Assembly: GCA_036444815.1 (NCBI GenBank) | Contig: JAZFPW010000150.1 | Coordinates: 1-36,861, forward strand | DNA length: 36,861 bases | Source of the DNA: Gammaproteobacteria bacterium | GTDB lineage: Bacteria > Pseudomonadota > Gammaproteobacteria > Steroidobacterales > Rariloculaceae | Direction: 5' to 3' | Part shown: positions 22,291 to 33,429 of the stretch, piece after piece | Layout: each line of letters begins with the position of its first letter | How positions within the stretch are numbered: position 1 is the first letter of the stretch | Program-made: the position numbers and the translations under genes | Notes under the pieces: model-generated | The model's input: the letters and a program-made list of their open reading frames with translations, nothing else | Told to the model about the DNA's origin: nothing | Databases searched by the model: none

Positions 22291-23006
22291 CTACTAGCGG
22301 CGCGGAGCGATCTTTAGAGTGCACGCAGCTTGATCAACTAAGAACGCTTCTATCGGGCGAGCCAGGCGTCAAGGGTTCTCGGCTAGGTGCAGGCTACCAA
22401 GCGTCGGTAGAACTCTATGAGACACCCTTCGGAAGCTACGTCGTCAAGAGGGCTCGGGGACCTTTCTTCTGGCGGCGATTGGGAGAGGCTGCGATTCGGC
22501 GGGAATACGAAATCTACGAACGCTTGCACGGTGTGCAGGGCGTTCCGCGTTGCCTCGGCCTGCTGGATGACAAACATCTCGTCCTGGAGCATGTCCCTGG
22601 AGATTCTTACCGGCAACGTCAGCATCTGTTGGAGAACAGAGAACTGTTCTTCAGTAGATTGTTCAAGACGCTAACGGATATGCACGCAGCCGGTGTCGCC
22701 CACGGTGACCTGAAGCGAAAGGACAATCTGCTCGTCGGGCCGGACGAGCGGCCATTCGTCATCGATTTCGGGCTGGCATGCACACGAGGCGAATCCGGGC
22801 AGCGAATGAATCGATTTCTCTTCGAGTGGGGGAAGCAATATGACTACAACGCCTGGATAAAACACAAGTATCACAGGCGCGTGGACGCTATCCTTCCCGA
22901 AGATATCGAATTCTACCGGCCGATGAAGCTCGAGCGGGTCGCCCGCGGAATCAGGGTCGTGTGGCAGAAGATCACGCTGCGGAGACTCAGGAATCGTCTT
23001 CGCTAG
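22275..23006 (+). CDS. Minimal protein-kinase-fold protein (RIO/Bud32/Kdo-kinase-like atypical kinase)
   Basis: About 243 aa. G-loop-like LGAGYQASV, VVKR lysine, alpha-C REYEIYERL, hinge LVLEHVPGDS, catalytic loop HGDLKRKDNLLV, and metal-binding VIDFGLA. There is no activation-loop APE segment. The start is either ATG 22275 (16-nt overlap with the upstream gene) or GTG 22287 (GTGA overlap). Confidence 0.7.
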   Translation: MARAVTTSGAERSLECTQLDQLRTLLSGEPGVKGSRLGAGYQASVELYETPFGSYVVKRARGPFFWRRLGEAAIRREYEIYERLHGVQGVPRCLGLLDDKHLVLEHVPGDSYRQRQHLLENRELFFSRLFKTLTDMHAAGVAHGDLKRKDNLLVGPDERPFVIDFGLACTRGESGQRMNRFLFEWGKQYDYNAWIKHKYHRRVDAILPEDIEFYRPMKLERVARGIRVVWQKITLRRLRNRLR

Positions 23007-23007
23007 C

Positions 23008-23043
23008 CTGCGGGCTCACCGCAGATTGCGACGCGGCCGTCGC
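23008..23043. terminator. Two adjacent GC-rich hairpins between the convergent kinase-like gene and rplQ
   Basis: CTGCGG-gctca-CCGCAG (23008-23024) and GCGACG-cggc-CGTCGC (23028-23043) both have perfect 6-bp stems. No U-tract follows on either strand, so terminator function is uncertain. Confidence 0.35.
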
Positions 23044-23064
23044 ATCGACAACATAGTCGCTAGT

Positions 23065-23451
23065 CTACGACGCGGAGGGCTCCTCCGGGGAATCAGGCTG
23101 ATCCAGGAGCTGAACCAGGGCCATCGGCGCGGCATCTCCGGCACGGTATCCCACCTTCAGTATTCTCAGATAGCCGCCCGGACGGTCCTTGAAACGCGGT
23201 CCCAACTCGTCGAACAGCTTGCCCACAGCCGCGTCGTCTCGCAACCGCGCGAACGCCAGCCGGCGCCTGGACACTCCGTCCTGCTTAGCCAACGTAATCA
23301 GAGGTTCAATAACGCGCCTGAGCTCCTTCGCTTTCGGCAGGGTCGTCTTAAGCGTCTCGTGCTGGACTAGCGACGCCGCCATGTTCCGATACATCGCCGT
23401 GCGGTGTGACGAGTTCCTTCCGAGCCTGCGGCCGGACTTCCTATGACGCAT
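23065..23451 (-). CDS. rplQ: 50S ribosomal protein L17
   Basis: [28 protein letters not shown] is the canonical L17 N-terminus. It follows rpoA. Confidence 0.97.
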   Translation of the reverse strand: MRHRKSGRRLGRNSSHRTAMYRNMAASLVQHETLKTTLPKAKELRRVIEPLITLAKQDGVSRRRLAFARLRDDAAVGKLFDELGPRFKDRPGGYLRILKVGYRAGDAAPMALVQLLDQPDSPEEPSAS

Positions 23452-23469
23452 GAGTAAGCTCCTGCTAGC

Positions 23470-24483
23470 CTAGAATGCCACCGACACCGGCTCTATTTCA
23501 TCACTATGCAGCCCCGGAGGTGGCCAACTCTCCAGCCGCATGCCCAAAGCCAAGCCGTGAACCTCGAGTACCTCTTTTATTTCGGTCAGAGATTTCTTGC
23601 CGAGGTTCGGGGTTCGTAGCAGTTCCACCTCGGTGCGTTGCACCAGGTCACCGATATAATTAATGTTTTCAGCCTTTAGGCAGTTCGCCGAGCGTACCGT
23701 CAGTTCCAACTCATCGACAGGCCTCAGGAGAATCGGATCGATCTGAGCCTCGGCTCTGCCGAACCCGATCTCATCCTCGCCCTGCAGATCCACGAATACG
23801 TCCAGCTGATTTTTGAGAATACCGCCAGCGCGACGAATCGCCTCCTCGGGATCGATCGTTCCGTTAGTCTCGATGTCGATTATCAGCTTATCGAGATCCG
23901 TACGCTGCTCGACGCGGGCGCTCTCGACACTGTAGGTGACGCGACGGACCGGGCTAAAGGATGCGTCCAGTTGAAGCCGTCCGATCGGGCGAGTCTCCTC
24001 GTCAAAAGCAGACTGTTTTACTGCGGGCTGATAGCCGCGTCCGCGTACAACCTTGAGAAACGCTCTTAGTTCTCCAGCGTGGGTGAGGTTCGCGATCACA
24101 AGATCTGGATTCACGATCTCGACATCGTGGTCACAGAGAATATCACCAGCCAAAACCGGGCCGGGCCCTTTCTTCGACAGAGACAACTCGGCTTCGTCGC
24201 GCGAATGCATTCTTATCGCAATCGACTTTAAATTCAGAAGGATATCGACTACGTCCTCCTGAACGCCCTCGATGCTCGTGTACTCATGCAGCACACCCTC
24301 GATCTCCGCTTCCACGACGGCCGCGCCAGGCATCGACGACAGCAGCACGCGCCGAAGTGCGTTGCCGAGCGTGTGGCCGAAACCGCGTTCAAACGGTTCG
24401 ACCGTAACCTTCGCATGATTTGCGTTGATTTGTTGAACGTTGACGGCCCTGGGCCGCAAAAATTCTGTGGCTGATTCCTGCAT
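23470..24483 (-). CDS. rpoA: DNA-directed RNA polymerase alpha subunit
   Basis: 337 aa. [23 protein letters not shown], and a C-terminal domain with [22 protein letters not shown]. Confidence 0.97.
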   Translation of the reverse strand: MQESATEFLRPRAVNVQQINANHAKVTVEPFERGFGHTLGNALRRVLLSSMPGAAVVEAEIEGVLHEYTSIEGVQEDVVDILLNLKSIAIRMHSRDEAELSLSKKGPGPVLAGDILCDHDVEIVNPDLVIANLTHAGELRAFLKVVRGRGYQPAVKQSAFDEETRPIGRLQLDASFSPVRRVTYSVESARVEQRTDLDKLIIDIETNGTIDPEEAIRRAGGILKNQLDVFVDLQGEDEIGFGRAEAQIDPILLRPVDELELTVRSANCLKAENINYIGDLVQRTEVELLRTPNLGKKSLTEIKEVLEVHGLALGMRLESWPPPGLHSDEIEPVSVAF

Positions 24484-24498
24484 AGAGAGTTCCTCGTG

Positions 24499-25119
24499 TT
24501 ACTTGGAGTACAGCTCGACTACCAAGTTTTCATTGATGTCGGGAAGAATCTCTTCCCGCTCGGGTAGCGTCTTCAGTACTCCTTCCATCTTCTTGTCATC
24601 CACTTCGACCCAGTCCGGCAACCCGACTTGAGTCGCGATATCCAACGCGGCCTTGATTCGGAGCTGTTCTTTCGCCCGTTCGCGCACCGCGATCTTCTGT
24701 CCAGCCTTCAGCTGGAAAGACGGAATGTTGACTACTTGCTCATTAACCATGATGGCTTTGTGGCTTACCAGCTGACGGGCTTCCGCTCGAGTGCAAGCGA
24801 ATCCCATGCGGTAGACCACGTTGTCCAATCGTGATTCAAGCATCTTCAACAGGTTCTCGCCGGTCGACCCTCTACCTCGGGCGGCGCGTTTGTAGTAATT
24901 GCGGAACTGACGTTCCAGCACTCCATACATCCGCCGCAGCTTCTGTTTCTCGCGCAGCTGCACGCCATAGTCCGATAGACGGGTGCGACGCTGACCGTGC
25001 CCGCCGGGCGGAACTTCCAGCTTACATTTCGCCTCCAGCGGTTTGACTCCGCTCTTCAAGAACAGATCTGTGCCCTCTCGGCGGGCAAGCTTACATGTTG
25101 GACCTCGATATCTCGCCAT
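24499..25119 (-). CDS. rpsD: 30S ribosomal protein S4
   Basis: [24 protein letters not shown]; 206 aa. Confidence 0.97.
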   Translation of the reverse strand: MARYRGPTCKLARREGTDLFLKSGVKPLEAKCKLEVPPGGHGQRRTRLSDYGVQLREKQKLRRMYGVLERQFRNYYKRAARGRGSTGENLLKMLESRLDNVVYRMGFACTRAEARQLVSHKAIMVNEQVVNIPSFQLKAGQKIAVRERAKEQLRIKAALDIATQVGLPDWVEVDDKKMEGVLKTLPEREEILPDINENLVVELYSK

Positions 25120-25131
25120 TGCTACTTCCGG

Positions 25132-25518
25132 TTACACTCGACGCCGTTTCGGTGGTCGGCATCCGTTGTGAGGTATAGGTGTTACGTCTTCGATCTGGGT
25201 GACTCTAAAGCCAACCACATTCAATGCCCTGACCGCGGATTCTCGTCCCGGCCCAGGGCCCTTCACGCGGACCTCGATATTCTTTACTCCGAAATCCTTG
25301 GCCACTGTTCCGGCACGTTCTGCAGCGATCTGAGCGGCAAACGGCGTACTTTTGCGTGAGCCGCGGAAGCCGCAACCACCGGCGGTCGCCCAAGACAGCA
25401 CATTTCCCTGACGATCGGTGATGGTAATGATCGTGTTATTGAACGACGCATGGATATGCGCGACGGCATCCAGAATCTGCCGTTTTACCTTCTTCTTCCC
25501 TTTCGTCGGTTGGGCCAT
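25132..25518 (-). CDS. rpsK: 30S ribosomal protein S11
   Basis: [22 protein letters not shown]...[14 protein letters not shown]; 128 aa. Confidence 0.97.
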   Translation of the reverse strand: MAQPTKGKKKVKRQILDAVAHIHASFNNTIITITDRQGNVLSWATAGGCGFRGSRKSTPFAAQIAAERAGTVAKDFGVKNIEVRVKGPGPGRESAVRALNVVGFRVTQIEDVTPIPHNGCRPPKRRRV

Positions 25519-25561
25519 GTCTTCTCCCTAGCTGTTCAGCGTCTCTCGTGCCGCCTTCGGT

Positions 25562-25918
25562 TTATCTCTTGATCGGCCGTCGCGGACCTTTGCGAGTCCG
25601 CGCATTGGTCTTAGTTCGCTGCCCGTTTGTCGGCAGACCACGCCGGTGACGGATTCCGCGGTAGGAACCAAGATCCATCAGTCGTTTAATGTTCATCGCA
25701 GTCTCTCTGCGAAGGTCACCTTCCACGGTAAATTTCGCAACGACGTCTCTGAGCTTCGCGACTTCCGGCTCACTCAAGTCCTTAACCTGGGCGGTCGGAT
25801 CTACTTCGGCCACCTGGCACGCGAGTTGCGCGCGGCTGCGTCCAACACCAAAGATATGTGTCAAAGCGATGACCACGTGCTTGTTGACGGGGATGTTGAT
25901 TCCAACTATACGAGCCAT
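25562..25918 (-). CDS. rpsM: 30S ribosomal protein S13
   Basis: [26 protein letters not shown]; 118 aa. Confidence 0.97.
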   Translation of the reverse strand: MARIVGINIPVNKHVVIALTHIFGVGRSRAQLACQVAEVDPTAQVKDLSEPEVAKLRDVVAKFTVEGDLRRETAMNIKRLMDLGSYRGIRHRRGLPTNGQRTKTNARTRKGPRRPIKR

Positions 25919-25927
25919 AGTGTGTCC

Positions 25928-26041
25928 TTATCCCTGTCGTTGCTTATGGCGCGGATCGGTGCAAATCACTCGCACCACACGTTTTCGTCTGACGATCTTG
26001 CAGTTACGGCAGATTCTTTTTACGGATGCTCTAACTTTCAT
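25928..26041 (-). CDS. rpmJ: 50S ribosomal protein L36 (zinc-ribbon C+ form)
   Basis: Below the ORF-track length cut-off. My translation gives [37 protein letters not shown] (37 aa) with the CxxC...C....H motif. It lies between secY and rpsM. Confidence 0.93.
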   Translation of the reverse strand: MKVRASVKRICRNCKIVRRKRVVRVICTDPRHKQRQG

Positions 26042-26060
26042 TGTCCGATTCCTCCTGAGA

Positions 26061-27395
26061 CTACCCGGTCCGCCCAGCACCACGGAGATTCGCCTTCTTC
26101 AGCAGGCCCTCGTACTGGTGACTCATCATGTGTGCTTGAAGTTGGGACATGAAGTCCATTGAGACGACTACGATGATCAAAAGAGAAGTTCCGCCAAAAT
26201 AGAAGGGCACGTTGAACCGCAAGATCATGAACTCCGGCAGTAAACAAACGGCCGTGATATAGATCGCTCCCCAAAAGGTCAAACGCGTCAATACTTTGTC
26301 GATATATTCTGCCGTCTGTTTGCCGGGGCGAATACCGGGAATGAATGCTCCGGATCGCTTCAGGTTGTCGGCAGTCTCTCGCGAGTTAAAGACGAGGGCC
26401 GTATAGAAGAAGCAGAAGAAAATAATCAGGGCTGCGTACATAGCTATATACAGCGGCTGCCCAGGCGAGAGTCTCGCGGCGACGCCTTGCAGCCATGAAA
26501 CCGCCTGGCTCGTGCCGAACCAGCTCGCGATGGTCGCGGGGAACAGGATCAGACTAGAGGCGAATATCGGCGGTATTACGCCGGACATATTGATCTTGAA
26601 CGGAAGGTGCGATGTCTGACCGGCATACATGCGACGGCCCTGTTGACGCTTCGCGTAGTTTACCGTAATGCGTCGCTGTGCACGCTCCATGAAGACGACG
26701 AAGAAAATAACGCCAAGAACCAGTATGCCCAGCAAGAACGGCATAGCCTGATTCATGCCGCCGGTACTGACGAGCTCGAGGGTTCCGCCAACGGCCGCCG
26801 GGAGACCCGAGATAATACTGGACAGGATTATCATGGAGATGCCATTACCGACCCCGCGTTCCGTAATCTGCTCGCCAAGCCACATCAAGAACATCGTTCC
26901 TGTAACGAGCGTCACCGCGGCCGTCAGGACGAAACTCGTGCCAGGATTGATGACGACACCCTGGTTCTGCAACGCAGTCACCGCCGCCGTCGCCTGGAAA
27001 CAACAAAGGATGACGGTTCCGTAGCGGGTGTATTGAGTGATTTTTCGTCGTCCGGATTCGCCTTCTTTACGCAGCTGCCCGAGACTCGGCACGACGTGGG
27101 TAGCCATCTGCATAATGATGGAGGCGGATATATACGGCATGATGCCGAGCGCGAATATCGAGAGTCGCGACAGAGCGCCACCGGAGAACATGTTGAACAT
27201 GCTCAGGATGGTCCCCGACTGTTGGTCGAAGAACTGCTCGAGTGCCTGTGGGTTTATGCCCGGCACGGGAATAAACGTGCCGACACGGTAGACTACCAAA
27301 GCGCCGACTAGGAAAAACAGGCGTTGACGCAGCTCGGTGAAGCGTGTCGCCTCACCGAGTATTGCCGCCGGATTTGCTATGCCTGCCTTAGCCAT
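26061..27395 (-). CDS. secY: Preprotein translocase subunit SecY
   Basis: 444 aa and about 10 TM segments. [16 protein letters not shown] and GGTSLLIVVVV motifs. Confidence 0.97.
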   Translation of the reverse strand: MAKAGIANPAAILGEATRFTELRQRLFFLVGALVVYRVGTFIPVPGINPQALEQFFDQQSGTILSMFNMFSGGALSRLSIFALGIMPYISASIIMQMATHVVPSLGQLRKEGESGRRKITQYTRYGTVILCCFQATAAVTALQNQGVVINPGTSFVLTAAVTLVTGTMFLMWLGEQITERGVGNGISMIILSSIISGLPAAVGGTLELVSTGGMNQAMPFLLGILVLGVIFFVVFMERAQRRITVNYAKRQQGRRMYAGQTSHLPFKINMSGVIPPIFASSLILFPATIASWFGTSQAVSWLQGVAARLSPGQPLYIAMYAALIIFFCFFYTALVFNSRETADNLKRSGAFIPGIRPGKQTAEYIDKVLTRLTFWGAIYITAVCLLPEFMILRFNVPFYFGGTSLLIIVVVSMDFMSQLQAHMMSHQYEGLLKKANLRGAGRTG

Positions 27396-27403
27396 TTCTC
27401 GCC

Positions 27404-27838
27404 CTAGCTCGCCACACTACCGCCAGCGGCCTCGATCGCCCGGCGAGCACCGGGGGTCACGGCGACATCGACGACTTTTATCGGCTTATCGAGCTTCCCG
27501 GATAAAATAATCTTGGCGCGCTGTGCGCGCTTCGGTATCAGGCGCGCCGCCTTAAGACTCGACAGATCAGCGGTGCCGCCCTCAAGCCGCCCCAACTCAT
27601 GCAGCCTGACCTCGACGCGGAATTTCGCGCGCATGGAATGAAAACCAATCTTTGGTAGCCGCCTCTGCAAAGGCATCTGACCGCCTTCGAAGCCGACTTT
27701 GTGGTAGCCGCCGGATCGCGATCGCTGACCTTTCATGCCACGCCCCGCCGTCTTACCCTGCCCAGCGGCAATACCTCGACCAACACGCTTGCGGTTCTTG
27801 CGAGCACCTCGGGCCGGCTTTAGTGTATTCAGGCGCAT
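27404..27838 (-). CDS. rplO: 50S ribosomal protein L15
   Basis: [34 protein letters not shown]; 144 aa. Confidence 0.96.
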   Translation of the reverse strand: MRLNTLKPARGARKNRKRVGRGIAAGQGKTAGRGMKGQRSRSGGYHKVGFEGGQMPLQRRLPKIGFHSMRAKFRVEVRLHELGRLEGGTADLSSLKAARLIPKRAQRAKIILSGKLDKPIKVVDVAVTPGARRAIEAAGGSVAS

Positions 27839-28030
27839 CTAAGACTCCTCGATCCTCAGTAGATAGGAGACCTTATTGATCATGCCCCGGTTCTCGGGAG
27901 TGTCTTGGACCACGACGGACTGATGGCGACGGCGAAGACCTAAGCCATGCACACACTCCTGGTGCCCCGGCGTGCGCCCATGCTTGCTCTTCAGCAGCGT
28001 CACGGTAAGCGTCTTCTTTGCCTTCGCCAT
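27839..28030 (-). CDS. rpmD: 50S ribosomal protein L30
   Basis: 63 aa. [28 protein letters not shown]. It abuts the rplO start. Confidence 0.93.
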   Translation of the reverse strand: MAKAKKTLTVTLLKSKHGRTPGHQECVHGLGLRRRHQSVVVQDTPENRGMINKVSYLLRIEES

Positions 28031-28037
28031 ATCAGTC

Positions 28038-28526
28038 TCAGCTAAGAATCTCTTCTACTGACTTGCCGCGCTTGGCTGCGATCTCCTGCGGAGAATGCAT
28101 GTGCACCAACGCATCGACCGTCGCTCGGACAACATTAATAGGGTTTCGTGACCCGTAGCTCTTGGCAAGAACATTGCGTACACCGGCGCACTCGAATACC
28201 GCGCGCATGGCGCCACCGGCGATTATTCCGGTACCTTCCGAAGCCGGCTGCATAAAGACTCGCGTAGCACCATGGCGCCCGCGAAGCTCGTATTGCAAAG
28301 TCTCATCCTTAAGATGAATCGAGTACAGATTCTGACGTCCTGCTTGCATCGCCTTCTGAATAGCGAGCGGTAACTCGCGAGCTTTCCCATATCCGTAGCC
28401 AACGCGGCCATTGCCATCACCGACCACGGCCAGCGCAGTGAAGCCGAATTGCCGTCCACCCTTAACGACCTTCGCGACCCGATTGACCGCGACAAGCTTT
28501 TCCTGAAGTTCTTCTGTTTTCGCCAT
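28038..28526 (-). CDS. rpsE: 30S ribosomal protein S5
   Basis: [38 protein letters not shown]; 162 aa. Confidence 0.97.
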   Translation of the reverse strand: MAKTEELQEKLVAVNRVAKVVKGGRQFGFTALAVVGDGNGRVGYGYGKARELPLAIQKAMQAGRQNLYSIHLKDETLQYELRGRHGATRVFMQPASEGTGIIAGGAMRAVFECAGVRNVLAKSYGSRNPINVVRATVDALVHMHSPQEIAAKRGKSVEEILS

Positions 28527-28541
28527 TCGTAGTTTCCCGAA

Positions 28542-28895
28542 CTAGAAATTCAAGCCAGCCTCTCTCGCGGCCTCTGCAAGTGCCTTGATACGCCCGTGAT
28601 AACGAAATCCCGAGCGGTCGAACGCCACCCGCTCTATGCCTGCCGCCTTCGCCCTCTCGGCAATGAGCTTGCCTACCGCCGTTGCGGCATCTTTGTTTCC
28701 GGTAACGCCGAGGCTCTGCCGAAGATCCTTCGTGATCGTGGACGCGCTAGCGAGCACACTGGAGCCATCCGGCGCTATGACCTGGGCATATATATGCCGA
28801 GACGTGCGGTGGACACACAGACGTGAGATACCGAGCCTCTTGATTCTCGCTCGAGTCCGTCTCGCCCTGCGCTGCCGTCTTTGTTTTTTTTCCAT
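28542..28895 (-). CDS. rplR: 50S ribosomal protein L18
   Basis: 117 aa. [16 protein letters not shown]...[24 protein letters not shown]. Confidence 0.96.
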   Translation of the reverse strand: MEKKQRRQRRARRTRARIKRLGISRLCVHRTSRHIYAQVIAPDGSSVLASASTITKDLRQSLGVTGNKDAATAVGKLIAERAKAAGIERVAFDRSGFRYHGRIKALAEAAREAGLNF

Positions 28896-28903
28896 CAGCT
28901 CGC

Positions 28904-29440
28904 CTAAGCCGTCTTCTTCGCTTCTTTGAGTCTGATGCGTTCATCGGCGTAGCGCACGCCTTTCCCCTTGTAGGGTTCCGGGGGCCTGAAATTTCGAATC
29001 TCCGCGGCAACCTGTCCGACCTTCTGTTTATCGATTCCCTTGACGACTATCTCCGTCTGGCTAGGAGCCTCTACCGTGACACCCTCTGGCACCTCATATA
29101 CCACTGGATGGGAGAATCCCAGCGTAAGATCGATCGTCTGCCCTTGGATTTTCACCCTGTAACCAACGCCGACCAACTTCAGCTTCCGCTCGAAACCGGC
29201 ACTAACGCCGGTGACCATGTTGTTGATCAAGGAGCGTGTCGTGCCTGCCATGGCCCTGGCGAAGCGACTTCCGGACCGTGGGCTCACCGCGAGACCGGAG
29301 TCATCTTCGATCACCTCAACCTCCGAGTGGCATTCGAGAGACAGACTGCCCTTCGGGCCCTTGACCGTCAAAGCGCTGCCATCGACATCGACTTCGACTC
29401 CTTTCTCCAGAAATACCGGACGTTTTGCGACTCTAGACAT
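28904..29440 (-). CDS. rplF: 50S ribosomal protein L6
   Basis: MSRVAKRPV...[10 protein letters not shown]...[11 protein letters not shown]; 178 aa. Confidence 0.96.
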   Translation of the reverse strand: MSRVAKRPVFLEKGVEVDVDGSALTVKGPKGSLSLECHSEVEVIEDDSGLAVSPRSGSRFARAMAGTTRSLINNMVTGVSAGFERKLKLVGVGYRVKIQGQTIDLTLGFSHPVVYEVPEGVTVEAPSQTEIVVKGIDKQKVGQVAAEIRNFRPPEPYKGKGVRYADERIRLKEAKKTA

Positions 29441-29460
29441 CGTTCACTCTCAATCCCGGC

Positions 29461-29859
29461 TCAAGACACGAAGCAGAGAACTTCGCCTCCATGGCCCTGC
29501 GCTCGCGCCTCTCGGTCGGTCATCACCCCGCTCGACGTCGACACGATGACAACACCGAGCCCTCCCTGGACCGTCGGCAACTCTCTCGCCCTGGAGTAGA
29601 GTCTTAAACCTGGCCTGCTCGCCCGCTCTAAGCGCTCGATCACCGGCCGACCCTCGTGGTACCTGAGCGTCAGGGTCAGTGTTCGCTTATTGTTCTCTTC
29701 GTCCTCGGTGGCTACGCCATCGATATAGCCTTCAGCCTCCAATACCTTCGCGATCGAAACTTTCAGCGTCGAGGCCGGCATCGACACCTTGACCTTCTTG
29801 GCCTTCTGGCCGTTCCTGATTCGCGTCAACATGTCGGAGATCGGGTCAGTCTGGCTCAT
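29461..29859 (-). CDS. rpsH: 30S ribosomal protein S8
   Basis: [16 protein letters not shown]...GGEVLCFV; 132 aa. Confidence 0.96.
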   Translation of the reverse strand: MSQTDPISDMLTRIRNGQKAKKVKVSMPASTLKVSIAKVLEAEGYIDGVATEDEENNKRTLTLTLRYHEGRPVIERLERASRPGLRLYSRARELPTVQGGLGVVIVSTSSGVMTDREARAQGHGGEVLCFVS

Positions 29860-29871
29860 GATGCTCTCCTA

Positions 29872-30177
29872 TCACCAGCTCGCCTTCGACAGACCGGGAA
29901 TCTCGCCGCGCATAGTGGCCTCCCGCAATTTGTTCCGGCTGAGGCCGAATTTCCGGTAGTAACCGTGCGGCCGTCCGGAAATCGAGCACCGGTTTCGTAG
30001 CCTGACCGGACTCGCATCGCGCGGCAGCCCTTGCAATTTTGTCTGAGCAGCTTGCTTCTCTTCGTCGGTCGACGACGGACTCCGGATGACGCGCCGGTAC
30101 TCCGCGCGCTTCGCGGCATACCGCTTCACGGTAGCGTTACGCTTAACCTCACGCGCAATCATTGATTTCTTAGCCAT
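29872..30177 (-). CDS. rpsN: 30S ribosomal protein S14 (long, 101-aa form)
   Basis: [13 protein letters not shown]...[41 protein letters not shown]. The start is set at ATG 30177. The track ORF extends upstream into rplE and is not credible. Confidence 0.95.
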   Translation of the reverse strand: MAKKSMIAREVKRNATVKRYAAKRAEYRRVIRSPSSTDEEKQAAQTKLQGLPRDASPVRLRNRCSISGRPHGYYRKFGLSRNKLREATMRGEIPGLSKASW

Positions 30178-30190
30178 CGGTAACCTCGTC

Positions 30191-30730
30191 TTAGGTACGA
30201 ATCGGAAAACGAAAAGCGTCCAAGAGCGCCCTGCCCTCCTCGTCATTCCTCGCTGTCGTGGTAATCGTGATATCCAACCCCCGAATCGCATCGACTTGAT
30301 CGAAGTCTATCTCCGGAAAGATAATCTGCTCCTTAACGCCAATGCTGTAGTTCCCTTGTCCGTCGAACGATCGGGCACTCAACCCCCTGAAATCACGGAC
30401 GCGCGGGATCGCAACGTTGACCAGCCGATCCAGGAACTCGTACATTCGCTCTCGCCTCAGCGTGACCTTGCAACCGATCGGGTAACCTGCCCGAACCTTG
30501 AAGGTCGCGACGCTGATTCTGGCATTACAGATAACGGGCTGCTGTCCGGAGATTCGCTTCAGATCACTCACCGCTTTTTCCAGTACCTTCCGGTCCAACA
30601 GAGCCTCACCAACACCCATGTTTAAGGTTATTTTGCTGATCCGCGGGACCGCCATAGGATTCGTGAGCTTCAGCCGCTCCATGATCTGCGGCATGGCGTC
30701 TGTCTGGTAAAACTCCTGGAGCCTACTCAT
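30191..30730 (-). CDS. rplE: 50S ribosomal protein L5
   Basis: [15 protein letters not shown]...[28 protein letters not shown]; 179 aa. Confidence 0.97.
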   Translation of the reverse strand: MSRLQEFYQTDAMPQIMERLKLTNPMAVPRISKITLNMGVGEALLDRKVLEKAVSDLKRISGQQPVICNARISVATFKVRAGYPIGCKVTLRRERMYEFLDRLVNVAIPRVRDFRGLSARSFDGQGNYSIGVKEQIIFPEIDFDQVDAIRGLDITITTTARNDEEGRALLDAFRFPIRT

Positions 30731-30731
30731 C

Positions 30732-31049
30732 TCAGCCGTCCAATACTTCGTTGTTAGACTTGAAGTAACGCACCCTTCGTCCGTCAGCCAGAGACCGGAT
30801 TCCGACTCGATCGCCCTTGCCCGCCGACGAGTTGTAGACCATCACGTTCGAAGTATCGAGCGGCATTTCCTTTTCGATGATGCCCCCCGGCACACCAGCG
30901 TTGGGATTAGGTTTCTGGTGCTTACGAGCGATATTGACGCCCTCGACGAGAACTCTGTCATCGTCATAGACGCGAATAACGTTACCCCGGCGTCCTTTGT
31001 CCTTACCGGCAATAACGATCACTTCATCGCCCTGTCTGATACGTCTCAT
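30732..31049 (-). CDS. rplX: 50S ribosomal protein L24
   Basis: [25 protein letters not shown] motif; 105 aa. Confidence 0.96.
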   Translation of the reverse strand: MRRIRQGDEVIVIAGKDKGRRGNVIRVYDDDRVLVEGVNIARKHQKPNPNAGVPGGIIEKEMPLDTSNVMVYNSSAGKGDRVGIRSLADGRRVRYFKSNNEVLDG

Positions 31050-31057
31050 CTGATGTC

Positions 31058-31426
31058 CTACAGCACTTCCGGCGCGAGCGAAATGATCTTCATAAAACGA
31101 CTGGTACGCAGCTCTCGCGTCACGGGCCCGAAGATGCGCGTCCCAATCGGTTCCATGCGGGCGTTCAGCAGGACCGCCGCATTGCCGTCGAAACGGATAG
31201 CCGAACCGTCAGGCCGTCGCACACCATGACTCGTTCGAACGACCACGGCAGTGTAGATCTCGCCTTTCTTTACTCGCCCGCGAGGAATGGCGTCCTTGAT
31301 GGTCACTTTTATGACGTCGCCGATTCTCGCATACCGCCGCCTGGAGCCACCCAATACCTTGATGCACATTAGACGACGGGCCCCGCTATTGTCCGCCGCA
31401 CTCAAGACTGTCTCTGTCTGAATCAT
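31058..31426 (-). CDS. rplN: 50S ribosomal protein L14
   Basis: [28 protein letters not shown]; 122 aa. Confidence 0.97.
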   Translation of the reverse strand: MIQTETVLSAADNSGARRLMCIKVLGGSRRRYARIGDVIKVTIKDAIPRGRVKKGEIYTAVVVRTSHGVRRPDGSAIRFDGNAAVLLNARMEPIGTRIFGPVTRELRTSRFMKIISLAPEVL

Positions 31427-31445
31427 CGGGTTGTCCTCGGCTGCC

Positions 31446-31757
31446 TCACGAGGCCTGAACCGACTTGATTATCGTCACGACGCGCCAGGACTTGTGCTTG
31501 GAGATCGGCCGACACTCAACGATCCCAACCGTATCTCCTTCCTTGCAGTCGTTCTTCTCGTCATGGGCAAGCACTTTCGTGGTGCGACGAATGAACTTGC
31601 CATACACCGGATGGCGAATCAGACGCTCCACCACGACCGAGACGCCCTGATTCATCTTGTTGCTGACGACGCGCCCGACCACCATTCGACGGTTCTTCTC
31701 GCCGTCCGGAGTCACGCCAGTGCTCGCCTGCTCTTGCCCTGTCTCTTCCGAATTCAT
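31446..31757 (-). CDS. rpsQ: 30S ribosomal protein S17, with an N-terminal extension of about 18 aa
   Basis: [40 protein letters not shown] matches S17. The ATG at 31757 forms an ATGA overlap with the rpmC stop, supporting the long form. Met25 is the alternative start. Confidence 0.9.
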   Translation of the reverse strand: MNSEETGQEQASTGVTPDGEKNRRMVVGRVVSNKMNQGVSVVVERLIRHPVYGKFIRRTTKVLAHDEKNDCKEGDTVGIVECRPISKHKSWRVVTIIKSVQAS

Positions 31758-31966
31758 TCGCTCTGCCCCGAAACTTCGACACCGACACGCTCGCGCAAGA
31801 TCGTTTTTATTCGAGCAATGTCCTTGCGGATTTTGCCGAACTGGTCGGGCCTCGTTCCCTGACCGGTCGCGGAATTCAGCCGCATATTAAACTGCTCGCG
31901 GCGCAACTTAAGGAGCTCCTCGCCCAACGCTTCATCGGACATCGCCCTGATCTCTTGCGGTTTCAT
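31754..31966 (-). CDS. rpmC: 50S ribosomal protein L29
   Basis: 70 aa. LGEELLKLRREQFNMRLNSATGQ. Confidence 0.93.
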   Translation of the reverse strand: MKPQEIRAMSDEALGEELLKLRREQFNMRLNSATGQGTRPDQFGKIRKDIARIKTILRERVGVEVSGQSE

Positions 31967-32379
31967 CAGGCGGCCTGCCGAGAAACGAATATGGTCTCGA
32001 CGGGCAACTTCGCCGCCGCTCGTCTAAACGCCTCGCGTGCGACGACCTCGTCCACGCCAGATATCTCATAAAGCACGCTCCCAGGCTGTACGAGCGCGAC
32101 CCAGTACTCCACGTTGCCCTTACCCTTGCCTTGCCGGACTTCCAACGGCTTCTTCGTAATCGGCTTGTCGGGGAAAACCCGAATCCAAATTTTTCCGCCT
32201 CGCTTTACGTGGCGAGTCATCGCCCGACGTGCCGATTCGATCTGTCGGGCTGTCAGACGGCCGCGAGTAATCGCCTTCAGCCCGTACTCGCCAAAGCTAA
32301 CGCTGTTACCCCGCTGAGCAAGCCCGCGGTTGCGGCCTTTGTGCTGCTTGCGAAATTTAGTTCGCTTCGGCTGTAGCAC
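31966..32379 (-). CDS. rplP: 50S ribosomal protein L16
   Basis: [19 protein letters not shown]; 137 aa. Confidence 0.97.
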   Translation of the reverse strand: MLQPKRTKFRKQHKGRNRGLAQRGNSVSFGEYGLKAITRGRLTARQIESARRAMTRHVKRGGKIWIRVFPDKPITKKPLEVRQGKGKGNVEYWVALVQPGSVLYEISGVDEVVAREAFRRAAAKLPVETIFVSRQAA

Positions 32380-32381
32380 TT

Positions 32382-33074
32382 CTATTCACCCTGTTTCCGT
32401 GACGGCGAGTCCTGGGAGTCGGTCGGTCCGTCAGAAGAGTCGAATATCTCGCCGTTGAATATCCAGACCTTTACGCCGATTATCCCGTACGTGGTTTTCG
32501 CCTCGGCCAACCCATAGTCGATATCTGCCCGAAATGTATGCAACGGGACTCTGCCCTCCCGATACCATTCCGAGCGCGCGATCTCTGCGCCGTTCAATCT
32601 TCCTGCGACCTTGACCTTGATTCCGCCAGCGCCGATCCTCATCGAGTTGGTGACCGCGCGACGCATCGCGCGACGAAATTGAACACGCCGCTCGAGTTGC
32701 TGAGCGATTCCCTCGGCCACGAGCTTAGCGTCGAGTTCGGGCTTTCTGATCTCGGCAATATTCAGCCGCACATCAGGCAAGACCATGCCCAAAAGATTGG
32801 CGACTTCGATACGAAGCCTCTCAATGTCCTCGCCCTTCTTGCCGATCACGATTCCCGGACGTGCCGTGTGGATCGTAATGTTGGCCCGCTTCGCCGGTCG
32901 ATCGATCTGGATACGGCTCACGGAGGCGTCCTTGAGTTTCTCCGTGATGAACTCCCGAACCTGGTGATCCTGGTGAACATACTTTGGATAAGTCTGCGTG
33001 TCAGCGTACCAGTTCGACGACCACTCTTTGGTAATTCCGAGACGAATTCCGATTGGATGAACTTTCTGACCCAT
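32382..33074 (-). CDS. rpsC: 30S ribosomal protein S3
   Basis: [18 protein letters not shown]; 230 aa. Confidence 0.97.
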   Translation of the reverse strand: MGQKVHPIGIRLGITKEWSSNWYADTQTYPKYVHQDHQVREFITEKLKDASVSRIQIDRPAKRANITIHTARPGIVIGKKGEDIERLRIEVANLLGMVLPDVRLNIAEIRKPELDAKLVAEGIAQQLERRVQFRRAMRRAVTNSMRIGAGGIKVKVAGRLNGAEIARSEWYREGRVPLHTFRADIDYGLAEAKTTYGIIGVKVWIFNGEIFDSSDGPTDSQDSPSRKQGE

Positions 33075-33080
33075 GCGCGT

Positions 33081-33413
33081 TTACCCGTCGGCAACCTGAA
33101 CAGTGATGTGGCTATTACGTTTGATAATTCGATTTCCACGCCCTTTCGCCCGAGCTCGGAAGCGCGAATACGTCGGTGCGTCACCTATCATCACGATCGA
33201 TACCCTGAGATCGTCGATGTCGGCGCCGTCGTTGTTCTCCGCATTCGCGATCGCCGATTCCAGGACCTTGCGCACGAGGTGAGCGGCTTTCTTCTGGCTG
33301 AATTGAAGAATATGCAGAGCCTGAGAGACCGGCTTACCCCTGATCAGGCTGGCTACCAGTCGGCATTTCTGAGGCGATATTCGCGCGTAGCGAAGTGTGG
33401 CTACAGTTTCCAT
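33081..33413 (-). CDS. rplV: 50S ribosomal protein L22
   Basis: [26 protein letters not shown]; 110 aa from ATG 33413. The track ORF from 33488 would overlap rpsS and is rejected. Confidence 0.95.
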   Translation of the reverse strand: METVATLRYARISPQKCRLVASLIRGKPVSQALHILQFSQKKAAHLVRKVLESAIANAENNDGADIDDLRVSIVMIGDAPTYSRFRARAKGRGNRIIKRNSHITVQVADG

Positions 33414-33429
33414 TTCAAACGTTCCTGGC

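Noticed and set aside
26607-27311. 234-aa plus-strand ORF inside secY.
   Set aside because: It is antisense to secY, and the translation is low-complexity and Arg/Asp/His-rich with no family resemblance.
28884-28891. A8/T8 homopolymer in codons 2-4 of rplR (GAA AAA AAA), a possible slippage or phase-variation tract.
   Set aside because: It simply encodes the conserved basic N-terminus (MEKKQ...) of an essential gene. There is no evidence of frameshifting, and the ORF is intact.
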